DNA of 46,657 nt from Bacteroidales bacterium (GCA_017998135.1 JAGODS010000001.1:1-46657); one strand, 5' to 3'. Counted from the first letter of the stretch, positions 16,227 through 25,336 are shown. Notes: generated by a model from the letters alone, not told the origin. Made by a program: numbers and translations.

Positions 16227-18151
16227 GTTCAAAAGAAATAATTATCAATTTTTTAAATTGCAATATAGATGAAAATAATGCAGAACTAAAACAGCTTAGT
16301 TCTTCTTTACTCAGAGAAAAAATAGAAAGACCTGCAATCTTTATAGGTGCAGGAACTTGTGGACTTGGCGCTGGTGCTGATAAAACACTCGCTGAGGTTG
16401 AAAAATATCTGCAAACTAAAAATATTAATGCTGACGTTTATCAGGTAGGTTGTATTGGACTTTGTGCTGCTGAACCTATTATGGACATTCAATTACCCGG
16501 GTATACAAGAATTTCATATAAACATATATACTATGAAAAAGTAAATGCTTTGCTTGATAAGGTCTTCTCTCTAGATCCTCCTACAGAAGATCTTATCGGG
16601 CAGTTTACTGACAATAGTAACAGAAGCTGGGAAAATATACCTGAATTTAATGAACATCCTTTCTTTAAACCTCAAAGAAGAATAGTATTAAAAAATTGCG
16701 GAATAATAAATCCAACAAGTATTGATGAATATATTATAAGAAAGGGTTATAAAGCTTACCTTAAGGCTATTAAAACTACAACTCCTGAAGAAGTTTGTAA
16801 CATAATAGAACTTAGCGGCTTAAGAGGCAGAGGAGGAGGCGGTTTTCCTACAGGTAAGAAATGGAAAATGGCTAACAAGGCAGTTGCCGGGCAAAAATAT
16901 ATAATATGTAATGCAGACGAAGGGGACCCCGGCGCATTTATGGACAGGGCTGTTATTGAAGGTGACCCACACAGGTTATTGGAAGGTATTGCTATTGGCG
17001 CTTATGCTATTGGCGCTACCAAAGCTTATATATATATACGTGCCGAATATCCACTCGCTATCAAGCGTCTTGTTAATGCTATTAAACAAGCTAAAGAATA
17101 CGGGTTGCTTGGTAAAAATATATCTGGCAGCGGCGTTAATCTGGATATTATTATTAAACAGGGAGCGGGAGCATTTGTATGCGGCGAAGAGACAGCTTTG
17201 ATGCACAGTATTGAAGGGAAAAGAGGGATGCCTCGTCCCCGACCACCTTTCCCTATTGAAAAAGGCTTGTTTGGAAAACCTACTGTTATTAATAATGTAG
17301 AAACCTTTGCTAATGTTTCTGATATTATGTTGAATGGCGCCGAATGGTATAATTCTGTGGGTACAGCAACAAGTAAAGGTACTAAGGTTTTTGCTTTATC
17401 AGGTAAAATAAATCTTACAGGACTGGTTGAAATACCTATGGGAACAACTATAAGAGATATTATTTTTAAGATAGGTGGTGGCATAAAGAATAAAAGGAAA
17501 TTTAAAGCGGTTCAAATTGGAGGTCCTTCAGGCGGTTGCATTACCGAACAAAACCTTAATATTGAAATTGATTACGAATCACTGAAAAAGGTAGGAGCTA
17601 TGATGGGTTCAGGCGGTTTGGTTGTTATGGATGAAGATAATTGTATAGTGGACATAGCAAGATTTTTTATGGATTTTATCCAGAAAGAAAGTTGCGGTAA
17701 ATGTATCCCCTGCAGAGAAGGTACAAGAAGGATGCTTGAAATATTAGAAGGCTTAACAAGGAAACCGAATAGTAGTAATCCAAATGAAGCATTAGAAAGA
17801 TTTAAAGGAGTTACTAATATAGAAAACCTTGCCAAAGTAATAAAAGACACCTCTCTTTGCGGATTAGGTCAAACAGCTCCAAACCCAATTCTTTCAACTC
17901 TAAAATGGTTCAGGGAAGAATTTGAAGAACATTTATTTGAAAGAAAATGCAGGGCTAATGTGTGCAAAGATTTAAGAATTTTCTCCATAGATGTTGACAA
18001 ATGCACTGGCTGCACAGTTTGTTCTAAAAAATGCCCTGTTAATGCTATTATTGGTTCTAAACAAAAAGCGCATTTTATTGTTGAAGATAAATGTATAGGC
18101 TGCGGCAATTGTCTGGAAGTATGCAAATTTAATGCAGTCTTTATTAAATAA
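16223..18151 (+). CDS. hydB: [FeFe]-hydrogenase NuoF-like NAD(P)H/FMN-binding subunit (HydB/HndC type)
   Basis: 642 aa. It has an N-terminal extra [2Fe-2S]-type domain (GTCGLGAG...CIGLCAAEP) and the FMN/NADH motifs GRGGGGFPTGKKW, NADEGDPGAF and ESCGKCIPCREG. The C-terminus carries 2x[4Fe-4S] motifs, CTGCTVCSKKCP and CIGCGNCLEVC. Confidence 0.9.
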   Translation: MSSKEIIINFLNCNIDENNAELKQLSSSLLREKIERPAIFIGAGTCGLGAGADKTLAEVEKYLQTKNINADVYQVGCIGLCAAEPIMDIQLPGYTRISYKHIYYEKVNALLDKVFSLDPPTEDLIGQFTDNSNRSWENIPEFNEHPFFKPQRRIVLKNCGIINPTSIDEYIIRKGYKAYLKAIKTTTPEEVCNIIELSGLRGRGGGGFPTGKKWKMANKAVAGQKYIICNADEGDPGAFMDRAVIEGDPHRLLEGIAIGAYAIGATKAYIYIRAEYPLAIKRLVNAIKQAKEYGLLGKNISGSGVNLDIIIKQGAGAFVCGEETALMHSIEGKRGMPRPRPPFPIEKGLFGKPTVINNVETFANVSDIMLNGAEWYNSVGTATSKGTKVFALSGKINLTGLVEIPMGTTIRDIIFKIGGGIKNKRKFKAVQIGGPSGGCITEQNLNIEIDYESLKKVGAMMGSGGLVVMDEDNCIVDIARFFMDFIQKESCGKCIPCREGTRRMLEILEGLTRKPNSSNPNEALERFKGVTNIENLAKVIKDTSLCGLGQTAPNPILSTLKWFREEFEEHLFERKCRANVCKDLRIFSIDVDKCTGCTVCSKKCPVNAIIGSKQKAHFIVEDKCIGCGNCLEVCKFNAVFIK

Positions 18152-18170
18152 TTTATTAAATAATCAAATT

Positions 18171-19889
18171 ATGAACATAGAAGTTAATAATAAAAAGATA
18201 AAAGCAAAAAAAGGCGAAACTATTTTATCAGCCTTAAATCGCAATGGAATAGAAGTTCCTACCTTATGCCATATGAAAAATTTCTTTCCTTCAGGTGCCT
18301 GTCGTATGTGTGTAGTTGAAGTTAAAGGCAAAGGCAATCTAATTACATCCTGTTCCTACCCTGTTGAAGATGGAATGATAATACAAACACATTCGCCCAG
18401 AGTTGTAAATGCCCGGAAGACTATAGTAGAACTTCTCTTATCCAATCATCCTGACGATTGTCTGTATTGTGAGCGTAACGGTAATTGCGAACTACAGAGT
18501 TTATCTGAAAATCTAAATGTAAGAGAACGCCGAATAACGGGTGTGAAAAATCGCTATAAAATGGACAGGTCAAGCCCGAGCATAGTAAGAGACCCCGCCA
18601 AATGTATTCTTTGCGGCAGATGTGTCAGAGTTTGCGAAGAGGTTGAAAATGTATCAGCTATTGAATTTGTTGGCAGGGGTAATAAAACTGTTATTAATAC
18701 AGCATACAATAAAGGTTTAAACCTTTCAAGTTGTGTCAATTGCGGACAATGTATCTTAGTTTGCCCAACAGGCGCTTTACATGAAAGAAACAATCTGTCA
18801 GATGTGCAGGAAGCTCTTTCAAATAAAGAAAAACACGTTATTGTTCAGTATGCACCGGCTATTTCAATATCTCTGGCTGAAGAGTTTAACCTAAAACCCG
18901 GTAAAGATATTAATGGCATTATGAATGCAGCATTAAGAAAAGTAGGATTTGACAGAGTCTTTGACGTTACCTTCGGAGCCGATTTAACTATTATGGAAGA
19001 ATCTGCCGAGCTTATACACAGAGTACAAAATGGCGAAACTTTACCTATGTTTACAAGTTGCTGCCCGGGCTGGATTAAATATTTAGAAGAGTTCAGACCT
19101 GAATTTATACCAAATCTTTCGTCCTGCAAATCTCCTCAACAGATGACAGGCGCTATGATTAAAAGCTATTATGCTGAAATAGAAAATATAGCTCCTGAAA
19201 ATATTTACACTGTTTCTATTATGCCCTGCACAGCTAAGAAATTTGAATCTCAAAGAGAAGAAATGATAAGACAGGGGATTAATGATATTGACTGCGTACT
19301 GACTACCAGAGAACTCGGCAGATTGATAAAACTATACGGAATAGATATTAATAAATTAGAGCCCGAACTGGCTGATTCTCCTTTAGGTACAAGAAGTTCG
19401 GCAGGGAAGATCTTTGGCGCTTCAGGCGGTGTGATGGAAGCTGCTATCAGAACAGCCTATTTCAAACTCACAGGCAAAGAGATGACACAATTTAAAATAG
19501 ATGAACTGCGCGGACTTGATGGTATTAAAGAAGCTAAAATTGAGATAGGTAATATTACTCTTGGAGTGGCAGTAGTCAGTGGTTTGCAAAATGCTAAAAC
19601 CATACTAGACCAGATTGCAGCAGGAAGGAAAGATTTACATTTCATAGAATTTATGGCTTGTCCGGGGGGTTGTATTAACGGGGGCGGTCAACATATAGGA
19701 GCTGATGAAGCAGCTATTAAAGCAAGGATGAGATCACTCTACGACATTGACGATAAAGACTCTATCAAAGTTTCTCATAAAAACCCGCAGATAGTTGAAA
19801 TATATGAAAAATACCTTGAAAAACCTTTAAGTCATAAATCTCACAAACTTTTACATACTCATTATAATAAAAGAAACGTTCTATTATAA
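18171..19889 (+). CDS. hydA: [FeFe]-hydrogenase catalytic subunit (NuoG-like N-terminus plus H-cluster domain)
   Basis: ORF 18132..19889. The likely start is Met14 (18171), just after the hydB stop. An N-terminal 2Fe-2S and several 4Fe-4S Cys clusters are present. The canonical H-cluster motifs are FTSCCPGW, MPCTAKKFE and EFMACPGGCINGGGQ. Confidence 0.92.
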   Translation: MNIEVNNKKIKAKKGETILSALNRNGIEVPTLCHMKNFFPSGACRMCVVEVKGKGNLITSCSYPVEDGMIIQTHSPRVVNARKTIVELLLSNHPDDCLYCERNGNCELQSLSENLNVRERRITGVKNRYKMDRSSPSIVRDPAKCILCGRCVRVCEEVENVSAIEFVGRGNKTVINTAYNKGLNLSSCVNCGQCILVCPTGALHERNNLSDVQEALSNKEKHVIVQYAPAISISLAEEFNLKPGKDINGIMNAALRKVGFDRVFDVTFGADLTIMEESAELIHRVQNGETLPMFTSCCPGWIKYLEEFRPEFIPNLSSCKSPQQMTGAMIKSYYAEIENIAPENIYTVSIMPCTAKKFESQREEMIRQGINDIDCVLTTRELGRLIKLYGIDINKLEPELADSPLGTRSSAGKIFGASGGVMEAAIRTAYFKLTGKEMTQFKIDELRGLDGIKEAKIEIGNITLGVAVVSGLQNAKTILDQIAAGRKDLHFIEFMACPGGCINGGGQHIGADEAAIKARMRSLYDIDDKDSIKVSHKNPQIVEIYEKYLEKPLSHKSHKLLHTHYNKRNVLL

Positions 19890-19924
19890 TTAAAGAATAC
19901 AAATCTTTAATTTAAAAATTCATT

Positions 19925-21931
19925 ATGGGGCATTCAGGAAAAACTAAATTGGTAACTACTTTAAAAGACCGCTGCAGGATGTGCTATACCTGTGTTAGGG
20001 AATGTCCTGTTAAAGCTATTCGTATTATAAACGGTCAGGCTGAGATAATAGATGAGCGTTGTATAGGTTGCGGCAATTGTGTTAAAGTATGCAGCCAGGA
20101 TGCTAAAGTATTTTTAAGACATACCAGCGAAGTAGAAGCACTCTTAAAAACAGGAGACAAAGTAGCAGCTATCTTAGCACCCAGTTTTCCCTCTGAGTTT
20201 GAAGAAATAAAAGATTATCATAAAGTAATAGGAATGATAAGAAAACTTGGGTTTCATTATGTTGTGGAAGTTGCTTTTGGAGCAGATGTTATAGCAAAAG
20301 CATATAAAAAACTATTACTTAAAGGAGATAACAAACATTATATATCATCTGATTGTCCCGGTATTGTATTTTATATAGAACAATATTACCCTGAATTAGT
20401 CGGTAACCTTGCACCTATTGCTTCACCAATGGTCGCAACAACAAGAATAGTTAGAAAAAAATATGGAGAAGACCTTAAAGTAGTATTTATTGGACCCTGC
20501 ATTGTAAAAAAAGCGGAGTCCAATGAATTAAACGAAGTAATCACCTTCAGGGAATTACGCGAAATGTTTAATAAACATAAAATCAATGCTAATAATTCCG
20601 AACCCTCGGAATTTGATGAACCTATCGGAGGGAGAGGAGCAAAGTTTCCACTAAGCCGAGGCTTACTACAAAATATGAATCTTAACGAAGATACTTACCA
20701 GGGTAATATTATAGTAGCAGATGGTAGGATAGATTTCAGGGATGCTATTAAAGAATTTAAAAATGATCTTGACCAATCTTCGCATTTTGAGCTATTATGT
20801 TGCGAAGGCTGTATTATGGGACCTGGTATGTCGCCAAATGGCAAAAGATATGCCCGGCAGTTAAAACTTAATAACTATGTACGCAAAAAAAACGCAAAGC
20901 TTAACATTGAAAAATGGAAAAAAGAAGTAGATAGTTTTGCTGAATTGGATGTATCTCAACATTTTATGCCAAACGATAGACGTATAGGAAGTCCAGGTGA
21001 AGAAGAAATAAGAGCAGTGCTGCAGGATATGGGAAAATTTACTTACCGCGACCATCTCAACTGCGGAGCCTGCGGCTACGACACCTGCATTGAACATAGT
21101 ATAGCTATCATACAGGGCTTGGCAGAAACCGAGATGTGCCTACCATTCACTATTGAGAAACTACATAATTATATTAAACAATTAAATATATCTAAAGAAA
21201 AATTAAGCTCAGTCAGGGCAGCTCTGATGCAATCCGAGAAACTGGCTCATATGGGACAATTATCAGCGGGCATAGCACACGAGTTAAATAATCCACTTGG
21301 TATTATAACAATGTATAGCAATATATTGCTTGACGAATGCGCTGAGGACTCACAGTTAAGAAAAGACCTTAACCTGATTTCCGAACAGGCGAACAGGTGT
21401 AAAAATATAGTAGGCGGATTACTAAACTTTGCAAGAAAAAGCCAGGTTAATTATACAGAAATTAATGTTATATCGCTAATCAATCATTGCATCAATTCAG
21501 TAATAATACCAGAAAATGTAAAAATTAATATTATAACAGACCTAACAGATACAAACATAAATGTAGATAAAGAGCAGATGACGCAAGTGTTTACCAACCT
21601 TATAAAAAATGCAATTGAAGCTATGCCAGAGGGAGGTAATATAACTATAAGGATAGAGCAAAAAGATAATGATTTTATATTCTCTGTAAAAGATAGCGGA
21701 ATCGGAATTAATAAAGAACATTTGGATAAAAATATATTTGAACCCTTCTTTACAACGAAAAAAGTAGGTAAAGGCACAGGTTTAGGTCTAGCATTGATTT
21801 ACGGAATAATAAAGATGCACAAAGGAACTATAACAGTAGAATCAAATGCCGACCCTGCAGAAGGACCAACAGGGACAACTTTTAAAATTACAATACCTAA
21901 AAAAATTATAGAAATCACTAAAATAAAATAA
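19925..21931 (+). CDS. hydS: Sensory [FeFe]-hydrogenase-like protein fused to a histidine kinase (group C, HydS-type)
   Basis: 668 aa. It has an N-terminal 2x[4Fe-4S] ferredoxin region (CRMCYTCVRECP, CIGCGNCVKVC). The H-domain aligns without gaps to HydA but has altered motifs: ISSDCPGI, GPCIVKKAE and ELLCCEGCIMGPGM. An extra Cys cluster CGACGYDTC follows. HisKA H-box SAGIAHELNNPLG, N-box NLIKNAIEAM, G1 VKDSGIGI and G2 GTGLGLALI complete the kinase. Confidence 0.85.
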   Translation: MGHSGKTKLVTTLKDRCRMCYTCVRECPVKAIRIINGQAEIIDERCIGCGNCVKVCSQDAKVFLRHTSEVEALLKTGDKVAAILAPSFPSEFEEIKDYHKVIGMIRKLGFHYVVEVAFGADVIAKAYKKLLLKGDNKHYISSDCPGIVFYIEQYYPELVGNLAPIASPMVATTRIVRKKYGEDLKVVFIGPCIVKKAESNELNEVITFRELREMFNKHKINANNSEPSEFDEPIGGRGAKFPLSRGLLQNMNLNEDTYQGNIIVADGRIDFRDAIKEFKNDLDQSSHFELLCCEGCIMGPGMSPNGKRYARQLKLNNYVRKKNAKLNIEKWKKEVDSFAELDVSQHFMPNDRRIGSPGEEEIRAVLQDMGKFTYRDHLNCGACGYDTCIEHSIAIIQGLAETEMCLPFTIEKLHNYIKQLNISKEKLSSVRAALMQSEKLAHMGQLSAGIAHELNNPLGIITMYSNILLDECAEDSQLRKDLNLISEQANRCKNIVGGLLNFARKSQVNYTEINVISLINHCINSVIIPENVKINIITDLTDTNINVDKEQMTQVFTNLIKNAIEAMPEGGNITIRIEQKDNDFIFSVKDSGIGINKEHLDKNIFEPFFTTKKVGKGTGLGLALIYGIIKMHKGTITVESNADPAEGPTGTTFKITIPKKIIEITKIK

Positions 21932-21942
21932 AGGAGTTAATT

Positions 21943-22338
21943 ATGCAAACCGAACAAAAAACAATACTATTAGTAGATGACGACGTGGACTATTTATACC
22001 AGACACGTTTGAAAGTAGAAAGCTTTGGCTTTAAAGTTATAACCGCAGACACTCAGAAAGAAGCTGAAGAACTGATTGAAAACATTAGACCAGATTTAGC
22101 AATTCTTGACTTAATGATGGAAAATGATGACAGTGGCTTTATTCTTTCGTACAAAATTAAGAAAAAATATCCGGATGTACCTATTATTATAGCAACTGCA
22201 GCAACAGCCGAAACAGGAATCAATTTTGATATCAATGAAGATGAAAACAAACACTGGATAAAAGCTGATACATATCTTGATAAAGGTATCAGAACCGACC
22301 AGCTTCAACGAGAAATCAATAGAATGCTCAAATTATAA
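21943..22338 (+). CDS. Stand-alone response-regulator receiver domain protein
   Basis: 131 aa. It has the acidic pocket LLVDDDVD, the phospho-acceptor context LAILDLMME, and conserved T/K positions (IIATAA, YLDKG). No output domain is present. Confidence 0.85.
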   Translation: MQTEQKTILLVDDDVDYLYQTRLKVESFGFKVITADTQKEAEELIENIRPDLAILDLMMENDDSGFILSYKIKKKYPDVPIIIATAATAETGINFDINEDENKHWIKADTYLDKGIRTDQLQREINRMLKL

Positions 22339-22340
22339 TA

Positions 22341-22479
22341 AGTAGCGGGTATTGGGTACTGGGTATCTGGTATCAATTATAGAATGATAAATACTAATTA
22401 TTATATATTAAATTTTAAATGATTAGTTATGAAATTAAAATACCAAATACTCAATACTCACTACTCGCTACCAAATACT
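22341..22479 (+). repeat. Inverted pair of heptamer tandem repeats (GGGTATT family) flanking an AT-rich ~65-nt spacer
   Basis: The left arm is AGTAGC GGGTATT GGGTACT GGGTATC TGGTAT (22341..22374). The right arm is ATACCAA ATACTCA ATACTCA CTACTCG CTACC (22440..22472). The arms are about 26/33 complementary, and 4 of the 7 mismatches are G-T, so they would be G-U pairs only in a plus-strand RNA. Confidence 0.7.
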
Positions 22480-22494
22480 AAAAATTAAAAATAA

Positions 22495-23625
22495 ATGGTT
22501 AATACACCTTTAAAAATACTTGTGGTAGATGATGAGCCGGGTATATGTTCCGGAGTGATTCGTATTCTACATAACTTTAAGGTAAGTTATCCTTTTATGG
22601 AAGAAGATATAACGTTTACCATAGAAGAAGCCGGTACAGGGAGGGAGGCTATTGCGAAAATAGATAACCTAAAACCGGATATAGCTCTTTTAGACAATAA
22701 ATTGCCGGATATTGAAGGAGTTGAAGTGCTTGATTATATCAAAAAACAGCAATTGGATATAATTGTAGTGATGATAACTTCTTTTGCTTCGCTTGAACTT
22801 GCCGTTAAAGCAACAAAAAACGGAGCTTATGATTTTATCCCCAAACCTTTCACTTCTCAGGATTTGCGCTCTTCAATAGAAAATATATCTAAACATATTT
22901 TTCTAAAAAGGATGACAGCCAGGTTGAATGAATCAGCCAAACACGTAAGATTTCAATTCTTATCAGTTTTATCACACGAGCTTAAAACGCCATTAAATGC
23001 AATTGAAGGCTATCTTAATATGATGTCAGAACAACAATTTGGCGATAACATTAGCTCTTATAAAGAGATTATAGAACGTTCGCTTTTAAGATTGAAAGGT
23101 ATGAGAGGGCTGATAATGGATATGCTTGATTTGACTAAAGTGGAATCTGGAAAACCAACACAAAAGATAATAGAACTTGATTTGACGACAATAGCCCAAA
23201 GAGCAATTGATACTATTAAACCTATTGCCATTCAGAAAGATGTAGATGTTTACTTAAATACCAAAGAACAATTTATAATCAATGCCGACGAAGAAGATAT
23301 AGAAATTATTTTTAATAACCTATTATCAAATGCTGTTAAATATAATAAAAAGGGAGGGAGGGTTGATTGTTACATACAAAAAGAAGCTAACAATATTAAA
23401 ATAACAGTTTCCGATACAGGCATTGGAATGACAGAAGAAGAAATGCAACATTTGTTTAAAGATTTCTCACGAATTAAAAATCCTAAAACAAAAAACATTA
23501 CTGGCAGCGGCTTGGGCTTATCTATTGTAAAAAAAATAACAGAATTATATAAAGGCAATGTAAGCGTTAAAAGTATTCCCGAAAAAGGAACTAGCTTTTC
23601 TGTGATTTTGCCTACAAACATTTAA
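22495..23625 (+). CDS. Hybrid receiver-histidine kinase (N-terminal REC, then HisKA and HATPase_c)
   Basis: 376 aa. REC motifs are ILVVDDEPG, ALLDNKLPDIEG and FIPKPF. The H-box is LSHELKTPLNAI, the N-box NLLSNAVKYN, G1 VSDTGIGM and G2 GSGLGLSIV. There is no TM segment and no DNA-binding domain. Confidence 0.85.
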   Translation: MVNTPLKILVVDDEPGICSGVIRILHNFKVSYPFMEEDITFTIEEAGTGREAIAKIDNLKPDIALLDNKLPDIEGVEVLDYIKKQQLDIIVVMITSFASLELAVKATKNGAYDFIPKPFTSQDLRSSIENISKHIFLKRMTARLNESAKHVRFQFLSVLSHELKTPLNAIEGYLNMMSEQQFGDNISSYKEIIERSLLRLKGMRGLIMDMLDLTKVESGKPTQKIIELDLTTIAQRAIDTIKPIAIQKDVDVYLNTKEQFIINADEEDIEIIFNNLLSNAVKYNKKGGRVDCYIQKEANNIKITVSDTGIGMTEEEMQHLFKDFSRIKNPKTKNITGSGLGLSIVKKITELYKGNVSVKSIPEKGTSFSVILPTNI

Positions 23626-23663
23626 CCCGATTATTTTATGAATTTTTTCAAAAAATACATCTC

Positions 23664-23726
23664 CAGCAGATTTCGCAGATTTTCGCTGATATTAATTTTT
23701 TCTGCGTTTATCTGCGTTATCTGCGG
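23664..23726. repeat. Imperfect inverted repeat built from CGCAGA/TCTGCG words
   Basis: CAGCAGATTTCGCAGATTTTCGCTGAT ... TCTGCGTTTATCTGCGTTATCTGCGG. Three word pairs are complementary and separated by T/A-rich mismatched spacers. Confidence 0.6.
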
Positions 23727-23784
23727 GAGCTATTTGTTTCTTTGCGGTTAAGAAAAATTAGATTAAATATCGAAAAAAAACAAT

Positions 23785-24399
23785 ATGAAAAATCTTCCAC
23801 ATAAAACCGTAGAACGTCTTAGCCGATACCGGAGGTTGCTTCAGGAACTTGAAAAAGAAGGAATACACTATATCTATTCACACGAGATAGCCAAAATGTT
23901 ACATATCACACCGGTTCAGGTCAGAAGAGACTTGATGATAATTGGTTACTCCGGCACACTTAAAAAAGGTTACGACATCAGGGAACTGATAGATTTAATT
24001 ACTAAAATAATAGATACAGATGAAGGTTTTAAAGTTGCTGTGATTGGATTGGGAAACTTAGGCAGGGCAATGATAGGATATATCACGGGTAAACAAACCA
24101 AAATGTCAATAGTTGCAGCTTTTGATACCAATCCGGATAAAGTCAATAAAATGTATGCAGGCATACCCTGCTATCATATTGATAAATTAGGCGAAATAAT
24201 TAAAAGCGATAAAATTAGTATCGCTATTATTACAGTTCCTTCCGAAGAAACAAAAAAAGTAGCTGAAAAACTTATCTTATCAGGTATTAAAGGAATACTT
24301 AACTATACTTCCACTCCAATAAATGTAACCCCTGATATATACCTTGAAGAATATGATATGATTAGCTCACTTGAAAAAGTAGCTTATTTTGTTAAATAA
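23785..24399 (+). CDS. rex: Redox-sensing transcriptional repressor Rex
   Basis: 204 aa. It has an N-terminal winged-helix region with RLSRYRRLL and a Rossmann NAD(H) motif VAVIGLGNLGRAM. Length and architecture are typical of Rex. Confidence 0.85.
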   Translation: MKNLPHKTVERLSRYRRLLQELEKEGIHYIYSHEIAKMLHITPVQVRRDLMIIGYSGTLKKGYDIRELIDLITKIIDTDEGFKVAVIGLGNLGRAMIGYITGKQTKMSIVAAFDTNPDKVNKMYAGIPCYHIDKLGEIIKSDKISIAIITVPSEETKKVAEKLILSGIKGILNYTSTPINVTPDIYLEEYDMISSLEKVAYFVK

Positions 24400-24400
24400 T

Positions 24401-25336
24401 ATGAATATTTTTAGAAGTTTTGAGGAATTAGGCAAAGGGATTAACATTAGAAAACCTGTTGTTACAACCGGTTCTTTTGACGGTGTCCATATTGGACATA
24501 AAGCCATATTAAGACGAATGAGGATATTGGCTGATGATATTGGCGGCGAGACTGCATTAATAACTTTTCATCCACATCCCCGTAAAATTCTTTATCCCGA
24601 TTCTGTTGGAAAAGATTTGTTTCTCATTAATTCACAAAGAGAAAAAATAGATTTGCTTCGTAAAGTTGGATTAGATAACCTATTTATTATCCCTTTCACA
24701 TTAGAGTTTTCTCGTACTACGTCAGCGGTTTTTGTTAAGAAAATATTAATAGAAAAAATTAATTCTAAAATAATAATAGTTGGGTTTAACCACCATTTCG
24801 GATATAACAGAGAAGGTGATTATAAATATTTATATGAACTGAGTAGGGAAAACGCTTTTGCAGTTGAAGAAATACCTGAACAGGATCTGGAAAACGAAGC
24901 TGTCAGCTCGACCAAAATCAGAAAAGCCTTGTTGGAAGGAGACATACAAAAAGCTAATGCATATCTTGATCATCATTACATTATTTATAGCAAACTTTTT
25001 AGAGGTAGTCGTCTTTTGCAGGATTTAAATCTAAATACATATAATCTTTTTATTGAAGAAGATATTAAACTCATTCCGCCTGCTGGAGTGTATGCTGTTA
25101 ATTGTAATATTGATAAGCTAAATCATAAAGCCCTTCTCAATATTAAAATTGATGAAAATAATAAAAAAAAGTATCTTGAAATATATCTGATTGATGCTAT
25201 TGAAGACCATAGCAATAAACAGGTTGTAATATCCTTTGCCAAAAGATTGAGAGACGAGTATGCTTTTAGCAACAAAGATGAATTATTGAGGCGCTTGAAT
25301 GCTGATATTGAAATAGTTAATAATATGATATTTTAA
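24401..25336 (+). CDS. ribF: Bifunctional riboflavin kinase / FAD synthetase
   Basis: ORF 24389..25336. The ATG at 24401 follows the rex stop. The FAD-synthetase motifs GSFDGVHIGH and SSTKIRKAL are followed by a C-terminal riboflavin-kinase-like half. Confidence 0.85.
   Translation: MNIFRSFEELGKGINIRKPVVTTGSFDGVHIGHKAILRRMRILADDIGGETALITFHPHPRKILYPDSVGKDLFLINSQREKIDLLRKVGLDNLFIIPFTLEFSRTTSAVFVKKILIEKINSKIIIVGFNHHFGYNREGDYKYLYELSRENAFAVEEIPEQDLENEAVSSTKIRKALLEGDIQKANAYLDHHYIIYSKLFRGSRLLQDLNLNTYNLFIEEDIKLIPPAGVYAVNCNIDKLNHKALLNIKIDENNKKKYLEIYLIDAIEDHSNKQVVISFAKRLRDEYAFSNKDELLRRLNADIEIVNNMIF

Noticed and set aside
17026-17484. Antisense or overlapping ORFs inside well-supported genes (e.g. 17026..17484, 10718..11221, 10200..10595, 18845..19129, 21484..21777, 27956..28246, 31830..32138, 37505..38053, 45708..45989)
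   Set aside because: Each lies entirely within, and opposite to or out of frame with, a gene that has strong family motifs. Their translations are low-complexity and carry no recognisable motifs. They are treated as shadow ORFs.
15756-19889. Absence of the hydE/hydF/hydG maturase genes next to the hydrogenase operon as an anomaly
   Set aside because: As I recall, maturase genes are frequently unlinked to the structural genes in bacteria with [FeFe]-hydrogenases. Their absence from a 46-kb window is not informative.
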